A stretch of DNA of 63,444 nt, filler included, from Octopus bimaculoides (lineage: Eukaryota): assembly GCF_001194135.2 (NCBI RefSeq). It is 10 parts of 9 records of this genome, joined end to end, with 100 filler letters (N's around TTAATTAATTAA, not from the genome) between each part and the next. Parts side by side here need not be neighbours in the genome. Positions count along the whole stretch, not along the records: positions 1 to 15,871 come from NC_068983.1; positions 15,972 to 27,591 come from NC_068985.1; 8 more parts are not named here. One strand, written 5' to 3'. Positions 11,367 through 23,110 of the stretch are shown here, piece by piece. The position numbers and the translations under genes are program-made. Under the pieces are notes generated by a model. That model saw only the letters and a program-made list of their open reading frames with translations, did no database searches and was not told where the DNA came from. Numbering within the stretch: position 1 is the first letter of the stretch; each line of letters begins with the position of its first letter.

Positions 11367-12760
11367 TTCATTTATTTCTCTTTCACGAAACCCTATTCAG
11401 CAACCAATGAGAGATCCTTTATTTCGTCGCCTGCTAAAATTAGCAACCAAATCTCTTCTACTGACTCTCTGCCATCTTTACAGAGACTGCACTAGATGAT
11501 ATCGACCTAAGATCTTGCTGATCACGAGTAGGCTCCCTTTGATTATCAGCCTATTTCACCCGAGCCAACTTGGGGGCCAATTAAATGCGACAGTTTTTTC
11601 AGCAATAACAGTGTTAGCAGCTCACATAACGCTGTCTGCTCAATAATGAAGGTATGAGGATATAAAGAGACAAACATTTGATATATTCTGAAGTTATACC
11701 AAACATTATGTAACTACATAAGCTCACGGATTTCTAAACTTTGAATTCCATTATTATGCATAATGCAGTATCTTATTTCTTTAACTAAAACACACACCAT
11801 TTGGATTTTCTCGTCTTTGGTAGCAATTTATCTATTCAATTGACCTTGATATTATTTTATCAACCCTAATGTGAAGAAATGTATCGGTTAATCTCTGCGG
11901 GATTTAAACTCAGCATGTACACGGTTGGAGCTAAATACTCTTAGACATATAATCAATTTCTTTATCATTTCTGTAGAATCAGCACTCGAGATTTATTTCA
12001 TATATCCTAACAAATTTTGTAGCTTCAACGCTCGCTTCTATGGTTAAATCGTTAGTGTAGTTGAGTATCCTGTCACAGACGCTGCTCTGATTCTCCGATA
12101 AAAACACTTAATTCCTGATGACATAGTCTTCATCCTAGCTACAAATGGCTACCATTGGTAATATGGATTACTTGTAATAGATATCACATTGCAGTAAAGT
12201 TCACCCCTCTAATCAATAAAAACATTGTATAAATAGCGACGTCTTTCTCAACGTTGGTGAGTTAAGCTCAAATTATCGCTTGGCTTTTGCTGGTGAAGTG
12301 ATACACCGAAATGATATCATAATCCCTGCAGTTTAAAAGTTATATTAACCAATACAATCCCTGGCATTTCAAACACCTTTGCTGCAAATGATCGCACACA
12401 ATGTTTAACCCAACCCAGTTATTTTATATTTGTCTTGTTCTTCTTATTAAAAGCCTTAACTCTGTTTCTATCTGATAAATTATAACCTTTTCTCAATAAC
12501 TTTCTTCCAACCACTTTCTTTGTACGCTGCTCTACCTTTGATGCATCTAGTCTCTCTCTGTATACGACCCAGATCTTTTATATTAACACAGGACACAGTG
12601 TGAAATGATGTTTGAGGGGAAAGTTCAATACTTGTGTTAACTATTTATAAGGCAGGCACGTGTGTGTGTGAAACATAAATAAGCTAAAAGAAACAACTCA
12701 GAATGGCCTGTGGCATGAATTATACTGTTATTCGCTTTTGCTCTGTATATTCGTGCGTGA

Positions 12761-12761
<1 letters not shown>

Positions 12762-12823
<62 letters not shown>

Positions 12824-13112
12824 NNNNNNNNNNNNNNNNNNNNNNNNNNNNNNNNNNNNNNNNNNNNNNNNNNNNNNNNNNNNNNNNNNNNNNNNNNNNN
12901 NNNNNNNNNNNNNNNNNNNNNNNNNNNNNNNNNNNNNNNNNNNNNNNNNNNNNNNNNNNNNNNNNNNNNNNNNNATATATATGTATGTATGTATGTATGT
13001 ATATACACATACATACATACATATATATGTATATGTATGTGTATGTATGCATGTATGTATGTATGTAGGCATGCACGTATGTATGTATGTATGTATGTAT
13101 GTATGTATGTAT
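12762..13112. repeat. (CA)n and (TATG)n microsatellites flanking an N gap
   Basis: Direct reading. Confidence 0.95.
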
Positions 13113-13683
13113 CTTGTCGATCCGAAATGATAGAAGACACTTAATCTAGGTTCAATGCATGGGTCGAACCCATAACAGAATCATTGAGAAGCGAATTTCT
13201 TAATCATACACTTGCATCTGTGTCATGTTGATGAAGTTTTGTTGGTCAGCTGTGACTGAGCTGGTCTTAGATCATATACATTCTAGCTGGAACATCAAGG
13301 TTTTTTTTTAAAGTATCAAGGGCCACATTATCTGAGTTCTTTCATTTTCAGTTTTGATTTAGTTAAATGTTGAAGCTCTCACTCTCGAATGAGTATAACT
13401 TGTCAGCATGTACCATGCTTTCACCAATTGTTTTAGGTATTATGTTTGGTAAGAGAAGAAATACAGTCCCTGTGACCTTTATATTGAGAGCCTCCGAGGT
13501 TGGTTTCGCGAAAGGAGAAATTTTTCCTCCGATAAAAGTGTTTGTCTTAAGACATGCAATAAATGTAAACTCCATTATAGAATATCCAAGAACCAAGTGA
13601 AGAAATGGAATCAAGCGAATGCATAGAATATTATTCGTTGGCCCACAGACGGTAATACATTTTCATGAAATTTTCTTCTATTT

Positions 13684-13903
13684 CAGTGACTCTCAACCAT
13701 TTTTTTGCCCTTGGACTCCTTTGATTCTTATTTTACACCACTAGACCCCCATGGTAGGAATAATCCTTTTATAATTGATTATTAGGATTTGTATTTAAAA
13801 ATAGTTAAAATATTTCGTGTATTATAGAAGTGTAACTAATTTATTGCTCATAAACTTTAACAACAAAATGGACCCTCATATGAACCCCGATTGAGAAACC
13901 CTG
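13684..13903. mobile_element. Non-autonomous hAT (Charlie-like) MITE, degenerate
   Basis: Termini CAGTGACTCTCAACC ... GATTGAGAAACCCTG are imperfect TIRs of the CAGGGGTTCTCAACC type; TSD is decayed. Confidence 0.55.
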
Positions 13904-14569
13904 AATCTATCTAGAATCTATCTCATTAATTTCACTAAATATTTTTTCAAAAATTTGTATAATTTTAAGAAAATCTCATAAAACTTTTTCTTTAAGGAAA
14001 TATATATGCGCATCATGTATTATAATTATGCATTTATATTAGAATGTATTTTGTAGACAAAGATATTGGTTGTTACCAGTACGTTGAATTACTAAGGAGT
14101 GTCAAAAGTAGAAACATAATATGAGTTGGTAGTTCCATGGTTAAAATATTAATGAAATCCTTGGTAAACCATAATATACGTTTGCAGTTCCATTGTTGAA
14201 GTAACAAAGAAAATCTAAGATAAGAGATGATAGATGTTACTAGTTCCATCATTGAAGAGAAAGTTAGGTAGATATGAGTCTTGAAAGAGTACAGGATTGG
14301 ACACTTCTTAATTATTCAAGGAACAGGTAATTACGTATATCCTTGTTTAAAGATATTCTTTATATATTTCACCCCCATGACGGAATACTTAGCTTACGTG
14401 GAAATCCTTGCTCAATAACGAATGCTCTACATGTTCAACTATTCTAAAAACAACTGTAAGAGACTTTACCTATATACTATAACTACTCTGCACTACGTTT
14501 ATATTACAAATTATAAATTAAAGAGTCGAAAGGGATACCACATGCTTTGCTCGTCTGCTCTGTATTTCT

Positions 14570-14605
<36 letters not shown>

Positions 14606-15871
14606 NNNNNNNNNNNNNNNNNNNNNNNNNNNNNNNNNNNNNNNNNNNNNNNNNNNNNNNNNNNNNNNNNNNNNNNNNNNNNNNNNNNNNNNNNNNNNNN
14701 NNNNNNNNNNNNNNNNNNNNNNNNNNNNNNNNNNNNNNNNNNNNNNNNNNNNNNNNNNNNNNNNNNNNNNNNNNNNNNNNNNNNNNNNNNNNNNNNNNNN
14801 NNNNNNNNNNNNNNNNNNNNNNNNNNNNNNNNNNNNNNNNNNNNNNNNNNNNNNNNNNNNNNNNNNNNNNNNNNNNNNNNNNNNNNNNNNNNNNNNNNNN
14901 NNNNNNNNNNNNNNNNNNNNNNNNNNNNNNNNNNNNNNNNNNNNNNNNNNNNNNNNNNNNNNNNNNATATATGGCTGGTTTATTAGCAATTTAACAACCT
15001 AAAGGAAAATTTATTGACGTTACTAAAGTGAGAGAAGGTACAATGTGGTACCGACATTGCTAGAAATAAGAGTCAAACTGATTTATTAGCCACAAGAGCA
15101 CTATCTTAATGAGCTGACAAGGGAGACAAAGTTCCCTACGGTCGCAGACATAGCCATATCACTGGTGATTTTGAATTTTGATGCAGAGCATCTTTATTCT
15201 CATCAGTGGCTCTTTCCTCGTCAACTTATAAGAAAAACCGTTGTAAATATGTGCTGATTTCAAAAACGGTAGAAGTGAAAACTATTTCTAGCAACGCCGG
15301 TACCGCTTTGTATTCTCTATCACTTTAGTGACGTCTATATGCGAGTTTGGTGTGTGTGTGTGTGTACTGAGGAAACTTTGAATAGCATGTGAATGAGTGA
15401 GTGAGTGAGTAGGCAAACAGATAAAGTTCAGAATTTATTAAATATAGAATAGATTTTTTTCTTGTACTGGTTGTATGAGAAAAAAATGTAAATTCATTTC
15501 AGCATAAAGGAGATAGAAGAATTCAGGCAATGATTATGGAGTCGATGAATGCCAGAGAGAAACAGCGAGGAGATAATTAAATATAAAAAAATAAAAAAAT
15601 GTCGCCAGCAGTTTTTCCAAACTTTGACGTTGTGTGTAGTCATATTCACTGCCTTCGCATGTAATTATTAATCTAGCTTTTCAAGCAAAATCTCTGATTT
15701 GGTTGATTTTAATTAATGAAAACACACACAAAAGGGAGTGGTCACTACTGTGGTACAGCCAGAAGAAATCAAGAATTGTGCGTAGGTTCGAATAGAGACG
15801 ACTGAGTGCGTGCAGGTTTGAAAAAAGAGGCACTGTCATGTCAAGTTTACATATATATATATATATATATA

Positions 15872-15971
15872 NNNNNNNNNNNNNNNNNNNNNNNNNNNNN
15901 NNNNNNNNNNNNNNNTTAATTAATTAANNNNNNNNNNNNNNNNNNNNNNNNNNNNNNNNNNNNNNNNNNNN
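15872..15971. other. Artificial scaffolding spacer (44 N + TTAATTAATTAA + 44 N); same at 27592, 49007, 50642, 53207, 55070, 57171, 59435 and 62264
   Basis: Identical 100-bp construct seen nine times; the 12-mer has stop codons in all six frames. Confidence 0.97.
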
Positions 15972-16191
15972 GTACTCGGTTAGGACAGATGTTAGCGTCT
16001 TATACATTGTTGTTAAGCAGGTTATGGGGCGATAATTTTTTGGTTCGTTTGTTTCCTCATTTTTTGGAAGCAGGAATGTTAAACCATTAACTAGCCAAGA
16101 GGGCATCAAACTAGGATTTTGCAAAACATCGTTGTAAAGTTTTGTTAGCAGTTCATGGCTCTCTGGGAAGGCATTCAACCAGAAGTTAGGA

Positions 16192-16192
<1 letters not shown>
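15972..16192 (-). mobile_element. R4/Dong-like non-LTR element, RT N-terminal fragment, 5' junction in (TAA)n
   Basis: IPNFWLNAFPESHELL...TFLLPKNEETNEPKNYRPITCLTTMYKTLTSVLTE; abuts (TTA)n at 16192-16233. Confidence 0.88.
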
Positions 16193-16234
<42 letters not shown>

Positions 16235-16235
<1 letters not shown>

Positions 16236-16420
16236 ACCGAATGCTCCGGTTAGTGGTAATTCTTCCGGCCTTCCACCTTGAATTCAAATGCCGCTTAGAT
16301 CGGCATTGGCATGTTTCAACCTGCTTTGGTTCGAAGAATTAGTACCATTTGCACCCTGGGATCCATATAATCAATCGGTCACTTCTCCCATATTTCAGAA
16401 CTTGTGCTTATCTATAGCGT
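16235..16420 (+). mobile_element. Highly diverged SINE family A
   Basis: ttgaattcaaatgccgc...gaattagtaccatttgcaccctggg resembles the family A core. Confidence 0.5.
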
Positions 16421-18073
16421 AAATAATTATCGTATTGTGTGTGGAGGACGTACAGATTGGTTAAAATCGTGTTAAAAAAAAAAATCCTTGCAGTACAAGA
16501 AAAAATATCATAGCATAAGAAGAAAAAAATATATAATAGATGAGGTCATCTATACGCAAAACTGATAAGTGTAATAATGTTTAGTAATTAAATGAGTTCG
16601 GAAATTTGTTTTGCAGTTGATTTTTTTAAGTAGAGAAATTTGGATCGAAATCTTTTCAAAGTACAGAAAATGAGATTCATCGAATAACTGTTCAAGTAAT
16701 GTTGTAATATATTTGGTGCAACGCATTATCTGAGAAACTTATGAGTAATATTTACATTGGATTTTTTTCAAATTTTATGGGAAACCCATTTAAATAGAAG
16801 GAAACATAAAATTAAGTTAGATGCATGAAACATTTACACTACAATTTGTTATTAAAGTGTTGCGTATATTTCCTGGCATTTTTATGTGTGCGTGTATGTG
16901 TGCGTGTAGTTGGTGTTTGTGTGCATGTGAGTATGCGTGTGTGTGCATATGTGTATATGTATGCGTGCGTCTGTGCAAGTGTCTATGATTTGAATTAAGA
17001 CGCAAATACTTAAATGATCACAGATTAAGTTTTTTTTTTATTTCTCCATTCTTGACGTTTTAAAACTTAAACAAAAAGTTAAGATTACTGATGTTTCGTA
17101 TATCCACAGATGCATCGAATCTCACGTGTCCTTAATTGCCGTGCAATCAGTGTCTTTCATGTTTAATATGATACAAATACATTTTTCATTGTTTTTTCAC
17201 ACTAAACGTTGAGATCAAACGGTCAATTAAAAATACTAAGATAAATACGATAGCATTAATGTATAAAACATATTAACTAAACTAATTTATCGATTTAATT
17301 AAGCGAAAATATGTGTTGTAAACACTGCGTATGCATTGATAAAGAAATCCAGAATCTTCCTTTTGAAAATCCGTTCTTTTCCTTGAGTCTAGTGTTGAAA
17401 ATCACAGTGGCCCTTGTTAAAGGAACATTTGTTCAAAATCATTCCTGGCATATTTTACTTTTTAATCGGTAACATGTACGTTGGGGTATTTTCGGTCGCT
17501 ATTTTGTAGCAAGGGAATAGTATTATTTGTGTTTTCGCAGATATTCAGTTGTATAATATTGATATGATAGGTATTAGAATTAAAGCTAACTCAGTCATGA
17601 ATGAGGAGGTACTTACTGCTAATCAAACTTTTCCATAACGATTCTGCAGAACACTGTTATACGAGTTTCATTACTGCTCAAGGAAAGTCTCAAATTCTAA
17701 AACGAAATATGCGAATAAATGCATATATAATCGAAAATTAGTACAATAAAATATGAATATTCCAAAAATATTAAAACAATAAGTGCAACACTTCTATCGT
17801 GCTCCGAAACTGTACAATAGGGCTGTTCTTGCTAAAAGTACTACAGCCCGGCTTTTAAAGAAATAGTTGATTTTACGGCTGATATCTTTCTGCAATGTCT
17901 GTTTAAAAGTTAATAGATCCTTTATAGAATCCGTTACTGGAAGCACTAATGCTTCGGACAAAAGATTTGCGAACTTTCCTCAGCTATGTTCGTTTGAACA
18001 ATGTTACCCTGTATAGTCGTCTTTGTAAGTCTTCAAAATTTCACGCTTGTTCCTATGTGAAAAAAGGCTAATG

Positions 18074-18545
18074 TATTGGGTCATCCGATAAATAATACAG
18101 CTTTTTCAATTGCATGAACTAAAAATCAAATAGGGTCACGATTAACTACTTGCATCAAATTGCTATAAAAGCAGATAGTAATTTTACCTAGTACTTGTTT
18201 CTTGGGGCAAACTTTGAAGAGTGCAGTTCGATTTTAACAGTTATTTTTATTGAAAGCAATAATGGAAGTGACACAGAAGCATATACGGCATATTTTGCTT
18301 TTAGGAAAATGTGCAACGGAAAGCGCGAGGAATATTAATGCAATATACAGGGATGAGACAATAATCGTAAGCCAAGATCAACAGTGGGACCAAAAGAGAC
18401 GCTGTTAAACACAGTTGTGATAATAATTAGCGTGATTACATACAATTTGAATATAACAGGGTCTTCCTGCACTCACAAACATCTAAGCTGTGAAAATGGA
18501 CGATGAGTCTTAAAATTAATTCATGGGATATATTTATGCAAATAA
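18074..18545 (+). mobile_element. Tc1/mariner transposon relic (internally deleted)
   Basis: ATG at 18262 gives MEVTQKHIRHILLLGKCATESARNINAIYRDETIIVSQDQQW, matching the mariner N-terminal HTH. TA followed by a TIR-like ttgggtcatccgataaataat at 18074. Confidence 0.75.
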
Positions 18546-21284
18546 AGGAACACTTCTATCGCGATTCTATTTACAAAATCTTGTTGGTAAAATCTGCTTA
18601 AATCACAGCACAGCATTTAAAAAAATTATTACTAATCAAGACATTTCTTTATATACAAAAGAGATATATTGAACATGAAATTTATTGTTTATTGCATTGA
18701 ATTAACCATTGGTTACATAACATGAACATATATTTTCCAATTTTATTGGAATATCAGATTTCAGATGTAACCCAAGATTAAACTAAATATAAAGTCTTAT
18801 TATAAGAAGCTACATTCTGCAACTCTCCATTCGACTGTCTACACACACGAAAATGAGACTATAGTGTAGATATATTTAAAGGAGTTTCCGAATGGTTTTT
18901 TGTTGCGTTAATACATTAATACGTTAATTGTACACCAATACATTAATTGAGAATTTGGTAACTATTATTGACAGACATTTGCACTTTATCTCATATATAT
19001 ATCATTGCATTCCCTGAGATTTAATATAACGTTAATTTCTAAGTATCCTTATCTGTATGATGATATAGATATCACTGTATATTTTTAGATGCTTATCATG
19101 AATTTAGCGGAAATAAATTACAGCTGGGAGAATATGGACTCAGTATTTTGACAAATGACACATGATTATCGCAATGAAATAATAGCAGCAACTGAAACAA
19201 AGATAATAATAATCATGATAATAATAATGATAATAATAATTTCTTTTATATTATATTGTTATTGTATGCTGCATTTAAAACGTATTTGTATAATAACCAT
19301 TATTAACTTAAATATATATACGGCTACACCATTGCAGTTACAGAAATTGTGGGTATCCAAATATTAGTCGCCATGTTAATTAGACGTTTTCCAAGAAACA
19401 ATGATGAAAGTTTATGAAATAATTATGAATGACGATATAAGTGTTACTTTTGTATCATTTTCCATTAGACTCCGAAACATTCAGAATTTATCTGACAAAT
19501 ATCACATAGGTTTACTAGCTATTAACGAAGTTCTGGAGGTGTGCATATGTATACTGGTTAACTGTCAGAAATGTTATTACATATAATTTTTAAACTATTG
19601 ATGAGAATGTTATTAAGTGTATTTAATATGACTACCGCGTGTCAATAATTTATTACAAGCGCATAACTGATACAGGACCAGTAAACGTCATAACATGGAA
19701 TTATGGGATAAGGATATTATGCATACACAATACTCACCCATATTATAAATAAATATGTGTGGNNNNNNNNNNNNNNNNNNNNNNNNNNNNNNNNNNNNNN
19801 NNNNNNNNNNNNNNNNNNNNNNNNNNNNNNNNNNNNNNNNNNNNNNNNNNNNNNNNNNNNNNNNNNNNNNNNNNNNNNNNNNNNNNNNNNNNNNNNNNNN
19901 NNNNNNNNNNNNNNNNNNNNNNNNNNNNNNNNNNNNNNNNNNNNNNNNNNNNNNNATATGTATGTATGTATGTATGTACGTATATTAGACAACCCTCGAA
20001 AGTTGTTAAGTTACAGAATAGCATGAATGTAGATGAAATTTACAGTATGGTCTTAGTGCTTTAGGCGGCACCCGCTATTCAGCTGCAGTGAATTGTACGT
20101 TTGTTTTCTCATAGGGTATATCGATTATATTCCTATTGGATCCAAGCTGAGTTGTCCATATCTTAATATCAAGAAGTCAATGGAAATTAAGGTTCTACGA
20201 AAGCTTAATCTAATTAATTCACGTTACATGAAGCTCCATGTTATAACCTCCTTTCATACACTTGGGAATGGCAATTGACTGTTGTGCATACTTGAAAGCG
20301 CAAATATTATCAATTCGAAACACAAAATAATTCGGCAGTAGCATCCCCGTCTAAAACAGTCCATGGGGTTGATCGACGACAACGTGGATGTAACAGCCAG
20401 TAGATATTGGTAGAGTATAAAATCGTATGTCTCTGCAGAATATACGGGTTACGGATACACATACAAACTAATTCGTAATCTAGCATTGTTGAATCGATTA
20501 CACTTGAAGTTGGGAAGTGTGGTTGCTGAAACACCACATTCAAAAGACTGGTGACCAGCAGTATAGTAGACGCCAACATATTGCCTGGAGTACCACGTAC
20601 AGAATACAATATTAAAACTGAACTCTTACTAGATACATTATCCAGCAGAATGCTAAAAGAATGACGCCAATGCGCTTTTATCAACAACTGAAAATAACAA
20701 TACAGTTAATGATATCATAATGTTAGCAAAAATAAGTATTTCCGTGTGTTTGTTTATTGCAGAGCTAAATCTAAGCAAAAGTAAGTTAATTTTAAAATAT
20801 CAAATTTGTCATGTAACGCATACAAATAGTATGGAATACAGTATTAATTATTATAAGTAGTAAATATATTGTTTTTCTTATTCAGTGAGTAAGCAAGTAG
20901 TAACTTTGCAGCTGTTCCATAGTTCTTTCCGTAGTTTATATTCATTCTTTTGATATGCCACATATTCAATAATTTAACGTACACTATCTTCACCAACAAC
21001 CTCTATATCTTCACATTGTAGCAGTCTCTTCTACATCTTCTTGTTATAAACGCAGTGTCATACACACACACACATGCACATGCACACATACAAGCGCCCC
21101 AAAACTCCAATAAGCGTGCCTTCATTTATTACCTTCTGCAATTCATTGTCTTTAAATTTGCCTCGTGACTCTATTTATATATGGGAGAATATAATGAAAA
21201 TTTCCTCTCTTGGAGGGCTTTGCAAAAGGCCTAATCAGTGTCCTAACTTTACGAGTTCTTTTGCAGGGCTTAGAAAGATAGAAG

Positions 21285-21730
21285 ATACAGAATATGAGAA
21301 AACAACCATACTATGGCATATGCCAATATACATAGAAAGAGAAATTAAGTCCAATAGGCTGGATATAGTTGTCAGAGATCATCAAGAAATATAAGCTTTC
21401 CAATCAATGTATCAATATCAATGTATGACAAAGGAAATAGAGCTAACTCGAATGTGGAGTCCAAAAACAGAAACAATTCCTATCATAACAAGCGCATTAG
21501 GTATGACAAAAAAAAACATATTCAGACAGATGCATAAGAACTGCAAAAGTACCAAATATATATAACATACGGAAATTAGCACTACTAGACATCGCACATA
21601 TCTTACGTAAAATATATTCAATACAGTAACAATAAGAGCAACACAACAATCCACTGTACATACCAAAGTCACACAGAGCTGCACTCGTTAGTGCAATGAA
21701 AGCACGTGATAAAAATAAGACTACTGAATG
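21285..21730 (+). mobile_element. R4/Dong-like element 3' end, old copy (restriction-like endonuclease region + 3' UTR)
   Basis: EKTTILWHMPIYIEREIKSNRLDIVVRDH (NRPDIV-type motif), frameshifted; 3' UTR similar to 22921-23022. Confidence 0.85.
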
Positions 21731-21736
21731 AGAGTA

Positions 21737-21767
21737 ATGATGATGATGAAGATGATGATGATGATAC

Positions 21768-21827
<60 letters not shown>
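21737..21827. repeat. (GAT)n then (TAA)n microsatellite between tandem Dong-like copies
   Basis: Direct reading. Confidence 0.95.
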
Positions 21828-21828
<1 letters not shown>

Positions 21829-23022
21829 TTTTCAGTATTTAAGGAAGCTGACAAATACANNNNNNNNNNNNNNNNNNNNNNNNNNNNNNNNNNNNNNNNN
21901 NNNNNNNNNNNNNNNNNNNNNNNNNNNNNNNNNNNNNNNNNNNNNNNNNNNNNNNNNNNNNNNNNNNNNNNNNNNNNNNNNNNNNNNNNNNNNNNNNNNN
22001 NNNNNNNNNNNNNNNNNNNNNNNNNNNNNNNNNNNNNNNNNNNNNNNNNNNNNNNNNNNNNNNNNNNNNNNNNNNNNNNNNNNNNNNNNNNNNNNNNNNN
22101 NNNNNNNNNNNNNNNNNNNNNNNNNNNNNNNNNNNNNNNNNNNNNNNNNNNNNNNNNNNNNNNNNNNNNNNNNNNNNNNNNNNNNNNNNNNNNNNNNNNN
22201 NNNNNNNNNNNNNNNNNNNNNNNNNNNNNNNNNNNNNNNNNNNNNNNNNNNNNNNNNNNNNNNNNNNNNNNNNNNNNNNNNNNNNNNNNNNNNNNNNNNN
22301 NNNNNNNNNNNNNNNNNNNNNNNNNNNNNNNNNNNNNNNNNNNNNNNNNNNNNNNNNNNNNNNNNNNNNNNNNNNNNNNNNNNNNNNNNNNNNNNNNNNN
22401 NNNNNNNNNNNNNNNNNNNNNNNNNNNNNNNNNNNNNNNNNNNNNNNNNNNNNNNNNNNNNNNNNNNNNNNNNNNNNNNNNNNNNNNNNNNNNNNNNNNN
22501 NNNNNNNNNNNNNNNNNNNNNNNNNNNNNNNNNNNNNNNNNNNNNNNNNNNNNNNNNNNNNNNNNNNNNNNNNNNNNNNNNNNNNNNNNNNNNNNNNNNN
22601 NNNNNNNNNNNNNNNNNNNNNNNNNNNNNNNNNNNNNNNNNNNNNNNNNNNNNNNNNNNNNNNNNNNNNNNNNNNNNNNNNNNNNNNNNNNNNNNNNNNN
22701 NNNNNNNNNNNNNNNNNNNNNNNNNNNNNNNNNNNNNNNNNNNNNNNNNNNNNNNNNNNNNNNNNNNNNNNNNNNNNNNNNNNNNNNGTCTTAGGTATAA
22801 TAAAAAAAAATATTCAGACAAATACATAACAAAAATACCAGGACTTACAAATATATATAACATACAGAAAATTGCACTACTGAGTACTGCACACATTCTA
22901 CGCAAAACACTTTCAATACAGTAAACATTAGAGCACCACAGCAAACCACAGCACATACCCAAGGCGCACAGAGCAGCGCTCGGTAGAGAAGTGAAAGCAC
23001 GTTATAAAAATAAAACTACTGA
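21828..23022 (+). mobile_element. R4/Dong-like element, 5'-truncated younger copy (mostly N gap)
   Basis: KKYSDKYITKIPGLTNIYNIQKIALLSTAHILRKTLSIQ* plus 3' UTR ending in (TAA)n; near-identical to 59535-59772. Confidence 0.88.
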
Positions 23023-23043
23023 ACAATAATAATAATAATAATA

Positions 23044-23110
23044 AAGCGATAGAGAAGGAAATAATAAGCCGGACATAGTCTTAATTGAGAAAGAAAACAA
23101 ACTATGGCTA
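23044..23110 (+). mobile_element. Short R4/Dong-like endonuclease fragment after (TAA)n
   Basis: SDREGNNKPDIVLIEKENKLWL contains the PD-I-V motif. Confidence 0.6.

Noticed and set aside
13363-13614. Overlapping 77-83 aa ORFs on both strands
   Set aside because: No recognisable motif or consistent splice sites; length compatible with chance.
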